DNA of 24,910 bases from a virus (Duplodnaviria > Caudoviricetes): the IMG/VR virus record IMGVR_UViG_3300018489_000004, positions 1 through 24,910 of that record; one strand, given 5' to 3'. Numbering within the stretch: the stretch's first letter is position 1; every line of letters begins with the position of its first letter. Below, piece by piece: positions 18,849 to 24,910 of the stretch. The position numbers were made by a program, and so were the translations under genes. The notes under the pieces are model-generated. The model searched no databases, was not told where the DNA came from, and saw nothing but the letters and a program-made list of their open reading frames with translations.

Positions 18849-19790
18849 TCATCCGATCCCCTGCTTTTTCAGCATCTCCCCTGCCCATTCCCAGTAGTTC
18901 TCGCTGGAGTCGTCTTCTTGTTGCTTTGGCATCGGCGGCGCACCACCTCCGCCCCGCAACATAGCTTGCGCATTGACAAGACGTTCAGTTTTAGCTTGCT
19001 TGTCTTTGTCGCGCAAATTTTGAATATCGGGGCCGGCAACGAATTTTTTAAATTCCGTGATAGCCCAAATAATATCTTGTGGGTCAGGGGAGTCCATAGC
19101 GGCAGTCTTTAGAGCGGGTCGTTGCCGTTCGGCCCAATCCCAATACTCCACGCTTTGGACAATCTCGTCAAAGTCTTTGTGAACCTTGACAATCTCCGGC
19201 TTGACGTGAGTATTGAAATGCTCAACGGCTTTTTCGCGCTCGCTTCTCTTGGCTTGGTCGCGGGCAAGACGTTCAACCGTCGCCAGCTTCTGCTCAAGCT
19301 CTTGACTGCGCATGATAATTCCGTCAATCAGGGGTTCGAGTTCAGGATAGTCGTTATAAACCTGTTTACGGATGGCATCCAAATCTGTCTGCGCATCCTT
19401 CACCTTTTGCTTCGCCAAGTCAACATCGCTTTGTGTCGCTTGACCTTTCTCCAACTCCTCAAGTTTCTTTTTGAGTTCCGCTTTTTCTGCCTCAAGTCTA
19501 TGGGCATAACGCTTCGTGTCATCAAGAGCCTTTTCCATAGACTGAATTGAGCCATACCGTTCACTTCGCGGTTCATCGGCAGGTTTCTCCTGCGCATTTT
19601 GTTCAGCAACAGGAGTATCATCAGTCTTCGGCGGAACGACTTGCGTTTCGTCTTTAGACTTTTCGGGTTCTTTTGCAGGAACTTCATCGCCGGGTTTTTC
19701 CGGCTTTGCGCCTTTTTCCCATTCATCCCATGCCTTGTCATACTCATCAGTCTTTTCTTGCTCTTTCACGACGTCTTTTTCTTCTCCCAT
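18849..19790 (-). CDS. Capsid scaffolding protein
   Basis: Highly charged, with acidic/Pro-rich N-terminus, coiled coil and H.DF.EIV.S..Y..W motif; directly upstream of the major capsid gene. Confidence 0.75.
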   Translation of the reverse strand: MGEEKDVVKEQEKTDEYDKAWDEWEKGAKPEKPGDEVPAKEPEKSKDETQVVPPKTDDTPVAEQNAQEKPADEPRSERYGSIQSMEKALDDTKRYAHRLEAEKAELKKKLEELEKGQATQSDVDLAKQKVKDAQTDLDAIRKQVYNDYPELEPLIDGIIMRSQELEQKLATVERLARDQAKRSEREKAVEHFNTHVKPEIVKVHKDFDEIVQSVEYWDWAERQRPALKTAAMDSPDPQDIIWAITEFKKFVAGPDIQNLRDKDKQAKTERLVNAQAMLRGGGGAPPMPKQQEDDSSENYWEWAGEMLKKQGIG

Positions 19791-19828
19791 AGCTCCCTCC
19801 TTTTGCCGAGCCTTCCGGTAATCGGCTA

Positions 19829-20035
19829 TTAATAATCCGGGCCGAAATCATCGGTAACCGGTTCTTTCCCTTCTTTGAGATTTTCGAGATACTGCAACAA
19901 GTAATCCAATTCAGCTACCGCACCCTGCGCGCGGTATATAGCCACAGAATCAGACGAGCCGCTCAACACGGCAAGGGCTATCTGCCTACGGTCGTTAATT
20001 TCATTAACAATGCTTCCAATCAGTCGCTCATCCAT
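19829..20035 (-). CDS. Small conserved protein between portal and scaffold
   Basis: 68 aa helical protein with IYRAQG...L..LL motif; overlaps the portal stop. Confidence 0.65.
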   Translation of the reverse strand: MDERLIGSIVNEINDRRQIALAVLSGSSDSVAIYRAQGAVAELDYLLQYLENLKEGKEPVTDDFGPDY

Positions 20036-21923
20036 TCTGAATCACTCCTGCATTTTGCATTGCTTCAGTATTCTGCGCGGTTGCGATTTGACTTGGCTGT
20101 ATTCCTATCAACTGAAGCACCTGCACCTGCTCCTCGCGCGTCAAGTAGGGATACAGTTTGTCAATATCCACGAATTCACGCATATCGTTGGGCTTCGCCA
20201 TTTGACTCATCTGCTGCATGATTTGCTTGATTTCTTCGTCAGACCTCAAGATGTTGCGCGTTTCGAGAATATCGGCGATTTCCTTAATCAGTTTCACGCG
20301 GTCCATGAATATCGCATCCTCTCGATTGGAAGTAACCTGCATGAACTTCATCAGGTTCTCCATTCGCAACTCTTTGGCAATTAACGAGTCAGTTCCGGTC
20401 GCAACTACCTTCGCAGGCATACCAGCCATTTCCGAAACGTCGCCGAACGTCGCAAACCAATCGTAAAACGCTTCGACAATCGGCTCGATCCAGCATGAAT
20501 CAATGTTCTTGATAACTGTCTTCAAATTGATATTCGCCTGCGTCATCAGCATGGACATACCCGACGCGGTTTTGTTCAAAAACGTGCTTTGTTCGCCGTG
20601 CGTGTATTTGGGTATGCCGGTTTCCTCATCGGCAAACCGCTCAAACATTTCCATCAACTCGCGCAACCCTCCGGTAACATCGGGAAACGAAATAGAATCA
20701 ACCGCATCCCGTGGCGAGAAATTCCCTTTCACAAACCAGACCTTGCGTCCATAAATCGAAAAGTCGTTATTCATCCGGCGCGTGTCAAGACGCGACAAAT
20801 TCAATCCCACCATGCCGTTGCCGGACAATGCCTTGTTGTCAATGATCATACGGGCTGATGAGTTAATCATCTTCTGGCTATCGCGCATGGCTTCAGCGAC
20901 GCCTTGGCCGTAAATCACATGGGGCTTTTTCTTATAGGGACAAACATAAAACGGTCGGCGGTTTAACGGATTAACGCACGCTTTGATAACCAAACCATCG
21001 GCTGCCAGAACGACAAAGGACTCAACGGAGTCATCATCGGCGAATTTATCCGATACTTGCACGCCTGCATCGCGCAGCATCTTGACCGGAACTAAACCCC
21101 AATATTCCAGCACGCTGACACGCTTATCTTTCTTGCCGTAGCTCCCGGAGTAGTTATCGCCCAACTGAATACGCTTGCTATCTTCGGCGTCCTCCGGGTC
21201 CGTTGTGGCGCGCTGATAAGCCTCATCAACGTTCTCAATGATAAAACCGTCGCTGCGAAACTTTTGCTTGAACATGGCAGGCAACAAACGCTGAAAATGA
21301 ATTTCGCCGATTGCATCCGCAGGGCTGTTAGCATTGACATCAGTATAGTAATCCCATATCGGGATAACATCTACGACCGGGATAAGCTCGTCCTGAATAT
21401 CGTGAGAATAGGGGGCAACATCCGAAGCTATCTCGGATACCGGCATACCGCCTATCGTCCGGGGAACAACAACGTGCTTGATGCGACGCTCGATAATCGG
21501 GCCTTTCAAAACCGCCGTGCCGAAAATAATCATATCCAAAATGGCAGTGTCGAATACGTCAAGGATATTCACAGACTTGAAATGATTTCGCAGAACATCC
21601 TCCATCGCGTTGATATAATCGGCCATCTGTCCGCCATCTACCAAGCCCTCCAGCTCAAACGGAATGCAAGTGCTTTTCCCGAAAATGACGTCCATGATTT
21701 TTGAGTGCGCGGTGTTGCACTTCAGGGTAGTCAACTTGATAAAGACGCGGCTGCGGTTTTTCGCGCCTTCCGTCTTTGGCTTCCAATTCAAATTAGGCTG
21801 GTATAGACCAATGTAATTATACCAGCATTCTTCCCATATAAGTTCAAACGGCTTGCGGCCATTTTTGAACTCATCAAATAAGCCCTTGATATAATTACTT
21901 AATTCTGTGTATTCAACTGCCAT
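20028..21923 (-). CDS. Portal protein
   Basis: 631 aa after terL. Motifs W.EC..NY.G.Y, RSRVF...T..K, FGTAVLKGP, VLEYWG, YG.GVAE.MRDSQ...N...R...DN.ALSGN, DEETGIP, KTASGMSMLM. Confidence 0.9.
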   Translation of the reverse strand: MAVEYTELSNYIKGLFDEFKNGRKPFELIWEECWYNYIGLYQPNLNWKPKTEGAKNRSRVFIKLTTLKCNTAHSKIMDVIFGKSTCIPFELEGLVDGGQMADYINAMEDVLRNHFKSVNILDVFDTAILDMIIFGTAVLKGPIIERRIKHVVVPRTIGGMPVSEIASDVAPYSHDIQDELIPVVDVIPIWDYYTDVNANSPADAIGEIHFQRLLPAMFKQKFRSDGFIIENVDEAYQRATTDPEDAEDSKRIQLGDNYSGSYGKKDKRVSVLEYWGLVPVKMLRDAGVQVSDKFADDDSVESFVVLAADGLVIKACVNPLNRRPFYVCPYKKKPHVIYGQGVAEAMRDSQKMINSSARMIIDNKALSGNGMVGLNLSRLDTRRMNNDFSIYGRKVWFVKGNFSPRDAVDSISFPDVTGGLRELMEMFERFADEETGIPKYTHGEQSTFLNKTASGMSMLMTQANINLKTVIKNIDSCWIEPIVEAFYDWFATFGDVSEMAGMPAKVVATGTDSLIAKELRMENLMKFMQVTSNREDAIFMDRVKLIKEIADILETRNILRSDEEIKQIMQQMSQMAKPNDMREFVDIDKLYPYLTREEQVQVLQLIGIQPSQIATAQNTEAMQNAGVIQNG

Positions 21924-21932
21924 AACTCACCT

Positions 21933-21969
21933 TTAGTGTGTTTATACCACGCTAACAGTGCGTTGTCAA
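21933..21969 (-). promoter_or_regulatory. Near-consensus sigma70 promoter for the portal/head operon, overlapped by 23-bp palindrome (copy 2)
   Basis: Minus strand TTGACA (21964-21969), 17 nt, TATAAA (21941-21946) with extended -10 TG. Palindrome TTAGTGTG-TTTATAC-CACGCTAA at 21933-21955. Confidence 0.8.
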
Positions 21970-21976
21970 TAGAAAA

Positions 21977-23413
21977 TTAATATCCAACTTCTTCATCGAA
22001 CGGCGCGTATTCAGGTTCAGAGAAAAATTCGTTTTCGTCATCGCCGTTGACAATAACATCATAGGCAATAGGCTGCGCAAATGTCATAATATGGGCGTCG
22101 GCGATATTGGGCGAAGCGATACCGCGCCGGCGCATATCGTCTTTGGATTCGATGACGATTTTGCCGTCGGACGTAACATGATACCGAGGGCTGGTCAGTT
22201 CGCCGAGCAGGTCGTTGTCTTCGTTATCCCAGAGGCGTCCGCGGCGTTGTTCGAGCCATGTCCGCATATTACCCCAAAGTTCATCGCGCAATCGCTTGTA
22301 GTTTACGTTGTCAAATGCCGGAGCTTCGGAGACGTTGACGGGGATCACGTCGCAGTAGGATAAATTGACTTCTTTGATTCGGTCGTAAACACCTGCGCCC
22401 AAACCGATGACGTCAATGAATATCGCTGAGGGCTTTTCCTCGCGCGCCAACCGGATGATATAGCCAGCCACTTCCATCGTGCTTTTATTCTTCAGCACAT
22501 GATAGGGCTTGAACGCATCACCATGCCGAATAGCGATCACCGTGGAGTCATCGCCATATCGGGCAATATCGCAGCCAAAGACTTTCTTGTATTCGGCCTG
22601 CGGCGGAATATCCCGTGTCAGCGCGTCATACACCAGATCGAACGGGATGAAGCTATCGCCATCGCGCAGCGGAAATTCTCCCAATACGCGGACGCGATAC
22701 ATATTCGAGTCTTTGCCGTATTTCTTTTCCATGCGGGCAGGGTATTCCGGCGGCACGATAGGGGAGTCAAGACAACTCCACGTCAGGCATTGGTAAAAAG
22801 CACGGTCTTTGGTGTGGGAACGGTAGAACTGGCCTTCCAACTTGGTAGGGTTTCCAACCATCAGCTCGCGGGTTTCAAGCCTACCGTGCGCGCCTTCCTG
22901 CACATCGAATATCTCATCGTTGACGCCAGACGCCTCGTCAATGATTCGCAACACATAATCCGCGTGAAATCCTTGAAGCGCGTCCGGGTTATCTTTTGAA
23001 GCCGTCCGTGCAACCGCAAACCATTCGCCCGGATGAGCCTTATGAAAGAACCGTTCGCGTGTCCACTCAAATAATTCACGAAACGACGGGTGCATCATCC
23101 GGTATAGCTTCGACAATTCCGCCCATAGCACGTCATACAACTGGTGCTTGGACGGAGCAGTGCAGGGGATTTTAGGAAACGGCCTGCAACTCATGTAATG
23201 CAAAATTGCAATCGCTTCCGTTGAAGACTTGCCCGTGCCGTGGCCGCTTTTAATCGTAACATTGGGGTGTTTATCGAGCAGGCTCAACGCTTCCGCCTGC
23301 TGGTCGGTGGGTGTTATGCCGATAATATACTTCGCAAATCCAACGCGGTCATCCCAGAACTCTTTTATGACTTTATCGAGTATGCTATTCGCTTGAATCG
23401 TCATCTGCTGCAT
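21977..23413 (-). CDS. terL: Terminase large subunit
   Basis: Walker A SGHGTGKS, Walker B IIDEASG, coupling motif GNPT, RNase H-like GCDIARYGDD and SPNIADA. Confidence 0.95.
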   Translation of the reverse strand: MQQMTIQANSILDKVIKEFWDDRVGFAKYIIGITPTDQQAEALSLLDKHPNVTIKSGHGTGKSSTEAIAILHYMSCRPFPKIPCTAPSKHQLYDVLWAELSKLYRMMHPSFRELFEWTRERFFHKAHPGEWFAVARTASKDNPDALQGFHADYVLRIIDEASGVNDEIFDVQEGAHGRLETRELMVGNPTKLEGQFYRSHTKDRAFYQCLTWSCLDSPIVPPEYPARMEKKYGKDSNMYRVRVLGEFPLRDGDSFIPFDLVYDALTRDIPPQAEYKKVFGCDIARYGDDSTVIAIRHGDAFKPYHVLKNKSTMEVAGYIIRLAREEKPSAIFIDVIGLGAGVYDRIKEVNLSYCDVIPVNVSEAPAFDNVNYKRLRDELWGNMRTWLEQRRGRLWDNEDNDLLGELTSPRYHVTSDGKIVIESKDDMRRRGIASPNIADAHIMTFAQPIAYDVIVNGDDENEFFSEPEYAPFDEEVGY

Positions 23414-23674
23414 CCCATCGCAACGCGATAATCCTCATGGCAATATAATTAATCGCGCCCAGCAATTCACGAATCGCCGCCTGTTTGTCCAACCTCTGAC
23501 TTTCAATGATTTTCTTAACGGCCTGCCCAAGAAGATAAGACGCAACGTGTTTTCAATTACAAAAGAAATCTGCTCACCCAAAGGCCGCGCATCGCCATGA
23601 CGCTCATGCCCCTTGCCCGTGCTGGCCTGCACATAAGCCATCTGCAACACACGCTCCAACGACTCATAACTCAT
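23385..23674 (-). CDS. Conserved small phage protein, frameshifted at T4 run 23550-23553
   Basis: N-half YESLERVL..AY.QAS.GKG.ERH. The -1 frame supplies KHVASYLLGQAVKKIIESQRLDKQAAIRELLGAINYIAM...SSE*, which matches the GQA.KK..ES...ELLGAINY half recalled for this family. Corrected length 96 aa. Confidence 0.7.
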
Positions 23675-23988
23675 AACAACCCCTCCGTCTGTTGAATTAA
23701 ATCATCCAGCGACTTGACAATCAGCGCGATACCGTTATGCCACCGAACTTCATCAGCAAATTGAACCTGCGCCGGCTTCGTCGGCTCATTGTTCGACTTG
23801 TTCTCAATCGAAATAAACCGGCCATCCCTCGTTACGCCGATAATATCCCCAGAACCCGGATACCCAAACCGGATAAACCGCCCGCCAGAATTCCATACCC
23901 CGCTGTTGTTACGCCACACAAAACAACCCCTCTGGGTCAAATAGTTAATATACTGCCTGTTCGTATCCCGCTCTAACGCTTTAGCCAT
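23671..23988 (-). CDS. VRR-NUC (PD-(D/E)xK) nuclease / putative junction resolvase
   Basis: VWRNNSG, RFG.PGSGDIIG, GRFISIENK, Q..F...V...NG.A.IV.S.DD motifs. ATG at 23988 overlaps the terS stop. Confidence 0.85.
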   Translation of the reverse strand: MAKALERDTNRQYINYLTQRGCFVWRNNSGVWNSGGRFIRFGYPGSGDIIGVTRDGRFISIENKSNNEPTKPAQVQFADEVRWHNGIALIVKSLDDLIQQTEGLL

Positions 23989-24406
23989 TGTCCGCAATCT
24001 TCAACAACTTGCCGTCCTTCAATGCCTTCTCTTCGGCCTCCCGGCGCATTTTCTCGTCCATGATCCGCTTCAAACTGGCCTCATGATCAAAAGCCTTCTT
24101 CCGGTCATCCTTCTTGCCACTATCCCGCTTGTCCGCCAAGAACTTGTCCAACGTCATAGACTTCAACTGCGCCGCCGCCTTCACCCTCACATCCATCGGA
24201 ATAGGCTTCTGAACCACCTCGCCAGTCTTCTGGTCATACTGGCTGTCCATCAACCGGCCATCACGAACGCCCTCAAAAAACTTCAACGTGGCATCGTAAC
24301 AGCGCTTCGTGTCATCAATGCACTTCTGCATGAAATCAGGATCGTGCGTCAACGCAAAATCAAACGACTTCATAGGCGTTTCTTTCTTCTTCGCAATACG
24401 TGCCAT
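23981..24406 (-). CDS. terS: Putative terminase small subunit
   Basis: Start reassigned to ATG 24406 behind GGGAGG. 141 aa helical protein with VRVKAAAQL oligomerisation-type motif; first gene of the packaging module. Confidence 0.55.
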   Translation of the reverse strand: MARIAKKKETPMKSFDFALTHDPDFMQKCIDDTKRCYDATLKFFEGVRDGRLMDSQYDQKTGEVVQKPIPMDVRVKAAAQLKSMTLDKFLADKRDSGKKDDRKKAFDHEASLKRIMDEKMRREAEEKALKDGKLLKIADNG

Positions 24407-24420
24407 CGCAAAACCTCCCA

Positions 24421-24453
24421 TTAGTCAGGATTAATCTTGCTAATGGCTTGTAG
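24421..24453 (-). promoter_or_regulatory. 23-bp palindrome (copy 3) plus conserved GCTTGTAG flank upstream of terS
   Basis: TTAGTCAG-GATTAAT-CTTGCTAA at 24421-24443. GCTTGTAG at 24446-24453 has the same offset as in copy 1 (1770-1777). Confidence 0.65.
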
Positions 24454-24472
24454 CACATCACCAAAAAAAAAT

Positions 24473-24560
24473 CAAGCCGAAATTTTCAGGGAAATTTTTC
24501 CGCACGGGACTCCAAAACAAGCCGAAATTTTACCGGAATTTTTCGAGGAGGGGGGACTCC
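24473..24560. repeat. Imperfect direct repeat (2 units, 45-bp period) with A/T tracts
   Basis: CAAGCCGAAATTTT...GGAA(A)TTTTTC...GGGACTCC starting at 24473 and at 24518. Confidence 0.8.
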
Positions 24561-24748
24561 TGTGGCCTGAGGCCACCCGGGGGGAGGGGTCTTGCGCGGG
24601 CCGGGCAACAGCGACGGGATCACACCGGGCAGGACAGCAGAGCCGGGCGCGCAAAAGCAGGACAAACACAGAGCTAATGACTAGCAATCATCAGGCAAGC
24701 ACGCATAAACATAACAATATCAAGCGCTTATCAGGCGCGCAAGCAATC

Positions 24749-24820
24749 AAGTAAGAAAAAAGTAAGAAAAAAGCAGTGCAAAACGCCATTACCAGCACCG
24801 TCGCCAGCACCGCCAGCACC
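24749..24820. repeat. Short tandem repeats in the non-coding right end
   Basis: AAGTAAGAAAA twice, followed by CCAGCACC three times. Confidence 0.7.
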
Positions 24821-24910
24821 ATCACATAGCAGGCGCAGGCGATTGCATGGCTGAGCGCATTACCCGCGCCCCCCTATCCACGGGCAAACATCATCACAAC
24901 CCTCACCCCG

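Noticed and set aside
17933-18964. 343-aa plus-strand ORF antisense to the major capsid gene
   Set aside because: Shadow ORF expected from codon bias of the sense gene; no recognisable motif or RBS.
16766-21932. Identical AGGTGAGTTATGGCA at two gene starts and other GGTGA SD motifs, taken as a sign of an archaeal host
   Set aside because: GGTGA also pairs with the bacterial 16S 3' end, and the promoters are bacterial -35/-10 type.
24437-24754. 105-aa plus-strand ORF (and 71-aa minus-strand ORF) in the right-end region
   Set aside because: The apparent peptide repeat QAEI..E.F simply reflects the DNA direct repeat; non-ATG start and no SD. More likely non-coding.
1-24910. Stop-codon reassignment (alternative genetic code) as the cause of split genes
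   Set aside because: TAG, TGA and TAA all end well-defined genes, and the three breaks are frame changes rather than in-frame stops.

Overview
The window is almost entirely the packaging and virion morphogenesis arm of a tailed dsDNA bacteriophage or prophage with a podovirus-like short-tail gene order, encoded on the minus strand. Read right to left it contains a non-coding repeat/A-tract region (possible packaging origin), small terminase, VRR-NUC nuclease, a small conserved gene, large terminase, portal, scaffold, an N4-gp56-type major capsid protein, accessory head genes (including a 14-aa-repeat fibre-like gene), adaptor, nozzle, two paralogous tail fibres with a chaperone, a P22 gp14-like GNAT-fold protein and two ejection proteins. 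These are followed by a ~2080-aa polyvalent injected protein (ART-like, HExxH metallopeptidase and LPD38-like regions) and a separately promoted small operon ending in a holin-like gene. Two signals are not explained by the ORF track. First, a 23-bp palindrome TTAGT-NN-G-N7-C-NN-GCTAA sits directly upstream of the RBS at three operon starts and covers the -10 box of two clear sigma70-type promoters. Second, three genes are broken by an apparent -1 frameshift at a short A run in the same codon context (wTT RAA AAm); homopolymer sequencing errors are the most likely cause, but recoding is not excluded. All product calls come from motif recognition and gene order, not database searches. No integrase, RT/DGR, CRISPR, tRNA, rRNA or endolysin was recognised, and the host cannot be determined.
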